A stretch of DNA of 64,000 bases from Penicillus capitatus (lineage: Eukaryota > Plantae > Chlorophyta): assembly GCA_965649825.1 (NCBI GenBank), contig OZ287696.1:973101-1037100 (forward strand). The letters are read 5' to 3'. The position numbers and the translations under genes are program-made. Each line of letters begins with the position of its first letter. The stretch's first letter is position 1. A model generated the notes under the pieces. The model was not told the origin of the DNA and made no database searches. It saw only the letters and a program-made list of their open reading frames with translations. Shown in pieces: positions 11,258 to 22,800 of this stretch.

Positions 11258-12916
11258 ATGAAGGGTATTCAGTGCTTGGCCAGCGAAGAAATTGGATCGC
11301 CTTTCAGAGCGAGCAATCGATCTTCGGAAGAACAAGCATTTCATCCGCCAATTTGAAGATGTCGCATATCTCAAGAATTCCTCGTGTTCGGTCTGGAAGC
11401 TCTTCGAACTATCTGGAAAGCAGCATATCTGGAAAAATCTGGACGAACCATCCTCCTCGACCCTCTAAGCAACCAACAACAAAAGCTACTGGAGAAAAGT
11501 CCAGATGAAAGCTACAGTCAGCTTCGAGGGAGTCTCAGGAATCCAGATTCTGCATGGAAACATCCAAGGAGAACGAAGCCAGTTTCTTTATCATTAAGGG
11601 CATTCGGTACCAGCAGAGAACTGGATGGCCTCTGGGAGTTCTCGCCGAAAGAAGAGGCATGTCATCAGTCCGAAGATGCCACACCTGCCCTGAATCCAAA
11701 GTGCTATGCTGACTGGCACAATTCTGTTCGAATGTGTCAAGGAGCACATCTCAAGAAGCCTGGATGAAATGACAACATTCTTCACTTCACAGGTCAGTTC
11801 ATAGAAACGCCTTCCATTGCTGAATGATGTTTCTTAGGCCCTTTAGAAGATGGGGGATGTTGTTGAGGAGACAGTCGGACTTCTGTCAATACAAGACAAG
11901 GTCTATCAATCATCAAAGTCATTGGTCACGGCGACAATCTGGTGCTTCATGGAATGGCTTGTGGAACTCACATTGATCTGACCGCCGAGATACAGACAGA
12001 ATCTGCAGCATCCGTCTGTCTGTGATGGCGCCCAGTAAAACACTCATCTTCAATGAGGTCTCACCTGAAATCGTAGTTCTTGTCTGATCATGTTCTGACA
12101 GGCAGTGGAAAGACGTTCGTTGGAAAGAGACACGTCACTATCGACTGGAAGATAGTATTGAGTCTCAATCCCGTCAGGGATTGTCCACAAGATGTCGATG
12201 TGGTCTGCTGGACTATTTTCTGCAATTGGCAGGACTTATTCCCTCGACATCAATACCACTCACTGTAAGAGGGAAGTCAGTTTGTAGAGCGAGCTGTCAA
12301 ACGAAGCCAGTTCTGGAGTGCAGCTGCTGCAGGCCATCGAATCCGAGTCTGCCCGAGAGATCAACAGCGCCCACACAAAGGATGCATTCAACAGGTTAGT
12401 TCATTCTTTACAAGCTTTCTCCTAAACAAAGTCACAGCCCACAAAGATGAGACAAAGGACTCTCTGCTGAAGAGATGCGTCCAGACACAACATGGATGGA
12501 AACAGATCCGACTTTCAGGACTCCACAGTCATCCGAAGATCTACGCATTCCTCTTTGGACGAGTGGAAACATGGAGCATAGAAGCCGATTACCACTCAGG
12601 ACTGGAGAGACAATGTCTGGAAAGCTAACAGCACAAGTTCACCACTGGACGAAGAACATTGTCACTCGTTTTCTCCGTGCTGTCATGGACTCATGGTCAG
12701 TCCAGGTAATCTCATTCTGCACTTCTGTCTTCGGCACAGCCAGGAGACCTATCACCGAATCCTCTACACGAGAGTAAGACTACCCATCCATGTTTTTGTT
12801 TTCGACATATGGTTGAATAATAGATTCGGGATGGCAGACTGCAAAGCGCTCAGAGAACCCAGACATTTGGCCAACAACCAGCGAGAACTACCAACAACAT
12901 GGAGCATGATGCCTTA
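11258..12916 (+). pseudogene. Probable degraded multi-exon gene of unknown function
   Basis: Protein-like stretches (EFLVFGLEALRTIWKAAYLEKSG; HPKIYAFLFGRVETWSIE) and intron-like ~45-bp GT-AG segments, but in-frame stops and no family recognised. Confidence 0.25.
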
Positions 12917-13139
12917 AAGAACATCCGAGTCAACTCCCAGAGCACCGCAGAATCGCATCATCAAACCATCCATGTGTCGCTGCTTCTCCACCCCGAGGCA
13001 GCGGCGTCGACCACCCATCGCGGCACCAGCGGGTAGGGCCTTGGCGACCTGCCCGCCTTTCGGGGTCGCGCACATGAGGCAGGCGGGTGTACACTGTAGA
13101 TGAACGGTGGTAACGTGCCGCTCTCAAACACCCGGGACC

Positions 13140-13390
13140 GTGTCTTTTATCTCTCTTCCCTCCCGGGTGTCTCTTGTGTCTCCCCCTGCTTGCTTTTGTT
13201 ATCTATGCTTTTCCTGTTTTTCTCCTTGCTGTTTGCCTGTTTCATCCATTTTCCTTTCGTTTTAGATCCTGGTTTCTCTTTCCCTGCCTGTGTTTTCACC
13301 TGCATGTGTGTTCTGATGTGTTTTTGCTGTTTTTCTGTCGTTTTTTCCTTACTTGGGTCACCTTTCCTTCTTTTATGTCTGGACCCCTTA
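13140..13390. repeat. Low-complexity T/C-rich tract
   Basis: Runs of ctgtttt/tttcc motifs with very few purines other than isolated G. Confidence 0.6.
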
Positions 13391-13649
13391 CCTTCATGTC
13401 CGAGCTGCGCGTCGCTGCACCGAGAGTGGCACGACCTACCGCTAAGTAGTCGATCATCAGTTGCACTTCGTTCTCCTCGCGCACCCTGACTGGAATCGGT
13501 GCCAGCGTTCGTTCAAAGTGACCGCCCGCGCTGCACTGTGAGGCGCCGCTGGCCGACCGTGAGTCTTCTCATCTCAAACTCTCTGTTTCTTACTCTTTCA
13601 TTGCTTACAGACTTTGTGGCGGGGTGGACATCTCTTCTTGTTTGCTCCA

Positions 13650-13910
13650 CCACTCTAACACCTTTTCACTTGTCATCACACTGTTCAAAAGAGTGACTTT
13701 TTGCAAAATTCTTCGAGTTACCATTGTAATGCTTTTCTCTGCGTAATACATTTGTCTAACACTTTTTTGCATATTACACTTTCTAAAAGAGTGACATGTT
13801 ACAAGCATTCTTGAGCCACCATCGTAACACTTTTTCACTCTGCAGCACATTTTCTAACACTTTTTTCAAGACATCACACCTTTTAAAGAATGACATTTAC
13901 AAGCATTGTT
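13650..13910. repeat. Degenerate AT-rich ~100-bp tandem repeat, about 3 copies
   Basis: tctaacac.ttt...ca.cac..t..aaagagtgac..tt.caa..att at 13654, 13755 and 13853. A related partial unit lies at ~9370-9420. Confidence 0.65.
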
Positions 13911-15031
13911 TAAGTAGTCGATCTCCATTCCCGCTGTGTTGAATGCGAATTACGATAGGACGACAGAACACTAAATCTCGATCCCTTCCTGACTGTTGCG
14001 AATGTTTTCAGGACGCTTTTCATTGTAAAGCGCGTGTCTGCCGGTCGTTGATGTCTGGAATCTAGAGGTCTCTTCTTCGCATTCGCTTCCCCCGACAGAT
14101 AAGGAGGACGCCGGCTCCGATTATTTACTGCCGACTAGAGTTCCGAAATTCGCTAAGCACCTCGCAAGCACAGCGTTCCGTTACAGACCTAAACACGACG
14201 ACGTTATCGCGGTTGCGTCTTCAGCGATGCAAGACAGCGTCTGTTACAACATAAACATGTCACACATGAAGAAAGACTTAGGTGGTGGAGCTGTTGAACA
14301 TTTTCCATCGTCAGACAACTTCCTACATATCATAGATAATTGTATCTCCGACTTTGCTGGTAAACTACAGAGCAACGATGAGGTCACTGTTGTGAGTATG
14401 ATGTTACAGATTTCGACTCCCTTGTCGTCGACATTCAACACGCCTTTTCAGAACAGAGAACAGGGTCTCGACGATGTTAATAAATCCGTTCTTTCGCACG
14501 CATTCGTGATCCTTTAGACAATGCACTCTTGGAGCACCGTAACTCCTCCAGTTTGATGCTTTCCGAAGATGGACGCCAGACAGAAGAAACAGTCCGCTTC
14601 TCAAGATACGAGCATCGAAGCTACAGAACCCAGATTCGAGATCCACTGCATTTGCATTGTTGACAGCGCGCTGAGTGTTAATAGTTGCTTGATATTCTCT
14701 ATGCCTTCGTCCTTGTCCGTGACTTTGGAGTCACACTTCGGCTTATGGGTTTCGCCTCTTTGTTCTTGTCGACCTCAATCTCGATGACGGAGATGAGCTT
14801 CCGGTCACTCCTTCCGCCAAAGACCCACAACGCAGAAGGCAACCGGTTCTTCTGCGAGCACTCAACGGGACGGCGCTCGCGCGTCGACGTTCTCGAAGAA
14901 GGCCGCCGTCGATGGGCGATATTCTCGACATCAGTCGACTCCGCAAGGTCGGACGCCGCATGAATGTTGCTTGCATTTGATAGACCAGACGACTCCATCT
15001 GGACGCTCGAATTTCTGTCAGTCATCGTCAT
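13890..15031 (-). pseudogene. Copy 3 of unknown 'gene X', decayed
   Basis: 13890-14200 aligns to 9400-9700 (ccttcctgactgttgc, gttccgaaa.tc..caagcac.tcgca). It contains in-frame stops. Confidence 0.4.
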
Positions 15032-15043
15032 CGTCGCCGCTTC

Positions 15044-16321
15044 ATGGATCCAATCGACGCCGAGACAGAGAACGAGGCCGCAGCCCTGAGACCCTCGAAG
15101 GGGACCAATGCCTCGCCACCGCAGACCGAGCCCTTTCTCGGCAACTTTCGTTCGCCTCCGACCTCCGATAAAAACGACCTTCAGAGTCGTCTGTGGCGTT
15201 GCAGAGCGCGTCTCGACGCGACGCGGGACGCTTCCAGGGCAGCCTCTGGATCTCCCAGAAGACTACCGGCCGCTCAAGGAGCCTGGAATGATGACCCTTT
15301 TGGACTTTGAGATCGGCAAGCCATTGGCGGAAGGCAAGTTCGGACACGTTTACGTCGCCCGGGAACGCAAGTCCAAATTCATCGTCGCCCTCAAGGTGGT
15401 CATGAAAGAGAGGCCGTCTTGCTGCTAAGTCTGTGTTGTGTTCAGCGTATGGGCAAGCAGTACATGGTAGCACACAAGGCTGAGTGCCAACTGCGACGCG
15501 AGGTGGAGATCCAGTCACGGATGAAGCACCCACACGTCATCCAACTTTACACCTGGTTCCATGACAAGGCACTTACCGTTCCGCTCTCGTCCTACCGATA
15601 ACAGAGGAATGGACAGGACTCTGTCTACCTCGTTTTGGAGTACGCTCCGAAGGGCGATGTGTTCTCGGATCTCAGAAGGAATCGAACGTTCGGTCAGAGA
15701 AAGGCGGCTAAGTGAGCTGACTAGATATGAGGGGTGTGATGTCACTGGATGGATATCTGTGCACAGTTACATAATACAGGTATGCAGCGCACTGGTATTC
15801 TGCAAGGCCCAGCACGTCATCCATCGAGATCTGAAGCTGGAAAACCTGCTGATCGATGCACACGGGGAAGTGAAGCTGAGCGACTTTGGATGGTCGATCC
15901 ACTACAAGAAGTCTAAGAGGATGACGATGTGTGGCACCGTGGACTATCTGGCGCCGGAATTGGTGGAGAGGCGACCCTACAGCAACGAGGTGGACGCATG
16001 GGCTCTTGGCGTGCTGCTGTACGAGTTCCTCTACGGAAAAGCTCCATTCGCAGATCACACTCCACAATGGACTTACCACAGGATCCGCAAGGTTGACATC
16101 CGCTTTCCACAGGAACCCAAGGTCGATGTGGACGGCCAGGATCTGATCTCGAAGGTGTGTTTTTCCAAGAGATGAACAGATATCGATAGCTGCGTGTTCA
16201 GCTGCTGTGCAGGAACCAGGAAGAGAGAATGCAGCTCGAATGTGTCTTCGACCACCCATGGGTTGAAAGACATGCGGATCCATCACGGCTTCTACGACTC
16301 AAGGATCTCTCGAAGTCTTAA
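15044..16321 (+). CDS. AUR: Aurora-family Ser/Thr kinase, multi-exon, 5' end uncertain
   Basis: [65 protein letters not shown] and DHPWV. One GC-AG intron (15569-15616). Confidence 0.92.
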
Positions 16322-16486
16322 AAAGCGACAAGCCGCAAGAATCCATCGAAGACATCTACACGCAGTCTGCACACCAGAGATCCTGTTGTACTGAGACACG
16401 AACGAAACATCATCTTGTGACATGTGTTATTAAAGAAAGGTAGCGTCCGACAACAGACAGATAACGTTAACGCCTTTGATCGACTT

Positions 16487-19400
16487 TCATTCGGCTTCCT
16501 CTGTCGGTGGAGTTTCCGACATCAGGGATCGCCACCATCCAGGACGCCTCTCGACGTTGTACTTCTTCAACAGCTCATCAATGTCTACGGAGTCCTTCGA
16601 ATCACTCCCATCGCTTGCAGCCGCGTCATCATCCCTTGCTGTCTCCGATGGATCATGCATCAGTTCCTCCAAAGAATGTGATGTACGCGAAGAGTGATGC
16701 GGAGCAGACGTGTCCTCTAGGTGAGTCGAGTGACCAGTAGGGACGTCAGAGTAGAGTATAGGGGAAGGACTTGGACTAACGGGTAGAGTCGTCGTGAAGT
16801 GCCACTTCTCTTTAGTGTCTTTGCTTCCAAGGCAGTCCGAGGAAACCCGCTGGACTGAGATATCTCCCTCGGTATCGAAGATCGAGTCATCCGATGTTTC
16901 GCCATCCGCGTCGCCTGCTGGTAGTTCTGTGACGTTGTCGTCCGTCGGGTCATCTCGATGTATCACAGCTTCTGTGTCTGAAGTCAAGTCAGCTGTCTTT
17001 GAGATGTCAAGCATGAAATCGTCATCGCAGTAGAAAGGGTCGCAAATCACAGCTGCAGATGCCGGGGCAGAAGGCTCGATGACGGAACGGTTATGCTGAT
17101 CGAAATCTGTCGATTGCATCAAGAGGTCACAGAGTGCATCGATGCTGTCCGATCGTGGACTGAGGAGGTCCTCGTTCATTCCGCTGACGACAACATAGTT
17201 CTCATCGTCCGAACACGTTTGGAGGGGAATCGACGCTCCGGAGGTCTTCTCCGTACTTCCTGCTTGGCGGTTGTGCAAACCGCAGGTGTCATCAAAGATC
17301 TGTGCTTCAGCATCTAGTAGCCGCACGTCGATCTCCAGTTCGCCAGTCTTCTGCAATTGGCTGCTTAATATTCCCATCGGGCCACACACTCGACCGAATC
17401 TTAGAAGACATGACATCTCCAGATGCATCTCGCCATCGGTGCTTTCTGTTATGCCGCTTTCGGAGACGGACAGAACCTGAGGGCAAGCAGAAAGGTATGT
17501 ATAGGCCAATTCCATGCAGAAAGCTGCTGTACTTTGAAAACAAGTGACTGGTCGAACCACTCCTCTCTTCTCTCCTCGGGCACCATAAGAGAGAGTTGCA
17601 AAGAAACGGGAACACTTGCCGAAGCACGATCTGCCACGTGGACAACCGCACTCCTGTATTCTTTGTCAGCCTGTCTTTCCAAGGAACAGGTGACTACGTG
17701 GCCTGAAAGAAGGCGAAGGAAAATCAGAAGACACAGCCTTAGTCTCAGATGGCGTACGATGCATCGGTGTCGATAGCTTTAACGCAAGAACACGGATCTG
17801 TACAATCTCTTTGGATGTCGGTTCCTTGGTGATCGACGCACTGTCTTCTTGACATTGGACAGACCCTTCTGCTTTCTTGTCGTCTGCCTTTGCTAATTCG
17901 TTGGACTTCTTCGAAGCTGTTGCTCTGTTGGATGGACCAATGTCTGTTTGTGCGGCTCCACGTCCACTCTGTTCCGTTTCTTTGCTCGGTTGTTGTCGCA
18001 AACGCTGTTCTCTTGCCGGCATTCTCGCCGAGTGATCTTCATGTATGTACTTCATCTGTGGTGTCGCTTGTCTTTCTGTGTTCCTCCAGAAGCTCATTTC
18101 CATAGATCCTTTTGCTTCGCCGTCCAAACCAGTGATTGTATACACAGCATGCTTAGGCGTAGAATCTCCTGATGTCATAGGAATGCCAATCTTAACAATA
18201 CCCACGATGCATCCTGCGAAGGAGAACATGTAACACGATCGGGTTTTGCGGAGTGAACCTTTTGCGTTTTTCTTGTAGTTTGACCAAACTTCAACAACGA
18301 GATGAACAACAGCAGTTGTCGCTTCAAATGGGATGAGAAGCCCGGTCTCGTTCTGTAAGTCTTCATGTTCTAACCTCTTGGCAAAGGAGTTTGTCTTGAC
18401 AATGACACACGGTTCTGAACACTCGGCTTCCATATGCAACCGATGCAGGATGAGAGCAATCCAATTCACAGCCGCCTTTGCACCCACAGGCTTTCCAGCA
18501 CAGGCAGGGAGTCCACTTTTGCCTCCCCGTACACCGCTTGGACGATGCAGATCGCTTGCAGAAACGCAGGAATATCTGGATACGGGAGGAGGAGGATATT
18601 CTTGGAGCAGAAGGGCATCACATAAGACATCCTCTACGAGGACGTCTGGATCATCAGATAATCCCAATCCTCTTCGGCCACGATTTGAAATCAGTGATAG
18701 AGTTCCCTGATGACTCAAGACCAATGGCAATGTTCCAGGTGTGTCTTCTAGTGCTCTCTGTGAAGCTTGGAGTGTCTGAGCGCACGTCGACATATCCCTG
18801 ACAATTCCTTGACACTTTGATATTAAACCATCTAGTGCGGCTATTATGTTTTCTTGCTGACTCAGTGCTAAACAGAGACATTGCTTTTCAGAATTGGAAT
18901 TGGCTCTAAAGGTTTACCCTTCGGGGCACGTTCGATCGCATCGGTGTTTTTGGTCGCCGAAGAGGTGGCTGTATTCATGACATTCTGCAGGACATCGAGC
19001 TTTGTCGATTTCTCTTTCTGAGGCGGATTGGCCGATGGATTATCCACTGCAGGTGGCTCCGTCTGATTACTTTCTCCGGAGGTCGATTGAGCACTATCGT
19101 GTTGTGTTCTATGCTCCGAAGATGAGCGATCTTGCGTGAGGGAAGTGACGTCTTCGTTGTCAGCCCTTTGTTCCGCCGTTCGTCGTCCCTGTTCTGTAGT
19201 CAACGCATCTGAGGCATCTCTTTCGGCTGGGCGGTCGTAAAGGGTATTGGAGAGGAGTGCAGGATCGGATGGCAGTCTTCGTTGTGTTGGTTTGATTTTC
19301 AACACAGTTCGTATCTCCTAGACAAAAGCGCTCGGCTCCATGACAAGACAGGTATTATGCTGACTTCGAGGGTCCATGCATTCTGTTTGGGAAGCTCCAA

Positions 19401-20501
19401 GAAAAGAGTAACGAGTAAACAGCATTCATCGAATGCAATGCAGTCTGGAGCGCATCGTCTCAAATGCCCAATCTATGAAGCAAGATAGACAGGAGTTCGT
19501 AAACGCAAGGTATCATCATTTACCAATATCTTGGCATTGATTTCTGAATAGCGTTGTTGTTGATCTGGCTCGATTCTCGTCAAATCTCGGTATACAGCTT
19601 CGAATCTCAAAGTGACTGCCACTTCCATTTTGATGCCACTGCGGACACTCTGCATGGCTCGTTTGGCATTCCTGTGTCACACAGGAAGTTCCACACACGT
19701 GTAGAAACGATGGCTCAACTTGAATCTCTGATTGAATTCCGCAAAGGTAAAAATGCGTGATCCTTTCCAGTCGATCAAATCCCAGAACTGATTACGATGC
19801 ACAACCGGCACCGCACGATCCACATAACGATCAATTAGCGAAGTCATGTCTGCCACAGGCGTATTGAGTTTGTTACAGAAACGATAGACATCGATCAAAC
19901 GAATCCCTTGACTGCACAAACAAACATCGCACATGCACAATCCCCGCGGTACATACTTGGTCATTGTCTTCTCCAGAACATCAAAGACATCGGCAATGGA
20001 ATCAATCACTGTATCCGGGAGTCGATTGGTCACAACGCGTCGCCTTTTGTTGTTATCCATGACTATCCGTGAGGTTGGGACATCGGCCCAACACGCGATG
20101 TCGAGTGTACCCTTGACCTCTCTGAATTCATCGACCACGGATATTTTCTTAGCCAGGGCAGCACTTTGGGATTCGGGAAGGGGTAGAGCCATGTCGACGG
20201 TAGCTTTCCATACCACACTGCGTTTGCCCACTTCGAGTAAGAGGCCTTTTGCTTGACGGAGATACTCTTCGAAGAGCAACCAGTCCGTTACCACCGGACA
20301 AACGACTGTGCAGGATTCTCCTGCTTTCGGCACGCGGATGTGCGGGATGTCGTTTGTTGGTAGTCCCCATAGAACAATGCGGATCGTGTCAAATTGCTTT
20401 CCTTCCTCGAGAACGCAGTTTTTGAGGTGAATGTTGAAATAACCTTGAAGGCTGCCGACGACGCGCGGCGGCAGATTTGGTCCGCGAACGACAGCTTCCA
20501 T
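16487..20501 (-). CDS. C2CD3: C2CD3-like multi-C2-domain (centriolar) protein, multi-exon
   Basis: The N-terminus LPPRVVGSLQGYF...IRIVLWG...FEEYLRQAKGLLLEV...GTLDI resembles the C2CD3 N-terminal C2 domain. A further C2-like block lies in ORF 17666-18793. Joining ORFs 19677-20513, 18868-19305, 17666-18793 and 16487-17560 into one gene is inferred. Confidence 0.6.
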
Positions 20502-22800
20502 TCGACCAGTCAAATGAAACTGAGTGAGCGTGGCGCTGAATCCGCAAAGTCAGGCAGGCATTAACACAACGCCATCTACAATAAGAGGTAAATGATCCGC
20601 TCTACTATCTCCCCGGAAAACTGGGGAAGATCGGCGTATTCCATTCCTAGCAGAACATGCACTGCTGCTGTCAGATCGCGTTGGATTGTACCAACGAAGT
20701 GGAAGCTTGAAATGACGCATGCGACATCCGCTGCATAACAAGCCAAGAGAGAAGAACGTTGCCGGAATGCGATCTCCGTTAAACAGTCTATTCGCGACCC
20801 CTGTCGATCGCTTGTTTTGATGAGGGAGGGTGATGACTACGCCTAGATCTGATCGTCGATCGTAGAATTCGACGCTGTCGAGCGTCTCCAAAGGCGGGCC
20901 GAGAAGGGCTAGATTTCTGCACGATCGTTCAAACGTGCCGTCGTTGTCGACAGAACTCCGATCGGCGTCGTTTGTCGTCGCGATCGCAATGATTTATGCG
21001 ATCGTCTTCGAAAAAACGGTATGTAGTCGTCATATTGCTGCACAAGGCCTCGCGACAGCGGAAACGATTAATCGGAAGTAAGGACTGGATGATGATCGGA
21101 TGTACGATGTTAGATCGCTAGACTTTGAACGATGTATCGGCGAATCCTGTATATCCTCGTCGTACTCAGAGATTATCGATACTGCGATCAATCGTTTCAC
21201 CACGCTTTGCACACTTCAAAGAAAATGCTTGATAGCTGAAGATTCCGATTTCGAAGTCTAGCAAAACGCCGAACTGGTCAACAAACTTGATAACTGAGAT
21301 CTCTACACTGGGTCCGGAGATGTCGATTCACCTGTCCTTTGGTGTAAACTTGAGTACAATAACGGCCAAAGAGAATCTGCTCCTCGTCACATTGATCTCG
21401 TCGCGATACCACGAGAAGGTCGCGAAAAAAGAAAATTCCCTGCTACACAGAAAGGGAGCGTGAATCAGACAGCGATCAAGTCAACATTAAGAAGTGCAAA
21501 AACATCGAGTAAATTGAGCAGGTCATCATAACCAGAATCTTTTACAATTGAGAAGATTTCGGAAGCGAAACTGTTCTGCGCCGCTACCAAATCGGGCAGA
21601 AACGAACGCCGCTACGAATCGGCGGCCTCGATAACGATCGAATCGCCCGTGTCAACTAATGTGAGAAAACACAACAATCGATGACGCCCGATTCGCAAAA
21701 TTAAGATAAACCAGATAGATCGACAACGACTGGCAACAGGTGAACAAATCGAAATCGACGATCATCAATCGGACTCGTAGATATCAAACACGTTGAACTC
21801 GCTTAACACTGATCAACTAGAATCTCATCTCATTCGCCTCGCTGTGCCCATAGTCAATCCATACTTTGTTGTTCATGACAAAGAGTTTGATTATCAAGTT
21901 GATAAAGATAAGGGACACTGCACTTATCTCCAAATAACTAATAGCTCATTGACAAAGTTAAAGACATAAAAACTATCTTTTCTTCTTCCGATCATGTCGC
22001 TGTCGCAATATTTGACAAGAACATTTGACATTGTTGAAGTAGGCAGATCTGTCTACTATGGTGGTATCATTGTGAGAGTGATCAAACATGCTCTATTAGT
22101 AAATCGTACGTAGATCCAAACATATGACAGACGGTCGATCATCATCGATCGTCGATTAAGCGCGTTCGATCATCATCGATCATCAGCTATCGACTGTTTT
22201 GAGATTTAAGGCGACACCGATGTTTACATTTTTCGTCTAAGACAATTGTCGCTCATCATTACGATTGTATTACTCTTGGCCGCATCTTTAGTGGCGACGA
22301 ACTTTTGTCGATGAATATGAGCGGCTTCGATCAATTTACGTAGGCAACGATCGGGGTCGTAAAACTGGATTTCTATGCAGTACATGAAAACTACATATCT
22401 GAAAGCTACCTAACTGCCGGACACATCTTATGATCTGTAAGGTAACAACAGACGCCATCGATCAACGAACAGACGTTCGGGAATGCCTTTCTGGTTCAAG
22501 ATACAGAGGGGTATGTGTTGTCTGGCATTCTAATGTCTGCTAGTTCCGTGTGCCTGTCCTAATCGATGCTACATCTGTATACGCGAAGGACAATTTTTTA
22601 CGGATAGAGATCGACGTCATCAAGCGCGAGATTCGACAACAGAATTCACACAATCACGAACACTCGACACAGCCAACTTATATTTCTTAAGTGACTACAT
22701 AGAGATAGAACACCTCTCGGATCGTGAGCCCATGGTTGTCACATATCAATGCCATCATTGCTAGCCTCCATGCATCGGTTATCCATTCGACATGTTTCGC

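Noticed and set aside
12080-12268. Walker-A-like GSGKT in ORF 12080-12268
   Set aside because: It straddles a probable intron acceptor (ctgacag), lacks the GxxGxGKT spacing context and has no Walker B.
12450-12700. Non-canonical genetic code (TAA/TAG = Gln), suggested by an in-frame TAA in a protein-like stretch
   Set aside because: Conserved genes here (Aurora, rpl1, H2A, Trx-m) end at TAA/TAG in the expected places, so this is pseudogene decay.
13030-13090. GAAA-tetraloop hairpin on the minus strand as a possible ribozyme
   Set aside because: No hammerhead CUGANGA core or HDV-type pseudoknot could be identified.
14404-14646. NIVETLFSVLKRRV, resembling the Tc1/IS630 transposase motif NPIENLWS.LKRRV
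   Set aside because: It is an isolated short match with no other DDE motifs or terminal inverted repeats seen.
20550-22700. ORF-poor 2.1-kb stretch with exon-like fragments, including a weak HSP20-like piece (FRVPVLID...DNFLRIEI) near 22540-22690
   Set aside because: No consistent spliced reading frame could be built, and the similarity is too weak to call.
22700-22800. Group II intron RNA (domains V/VI) downstream of the maturase ORF
   Set aside because: No GAGCCG...GAAA...CGGTT domain V consensus was found, which supports a free-standing gene.
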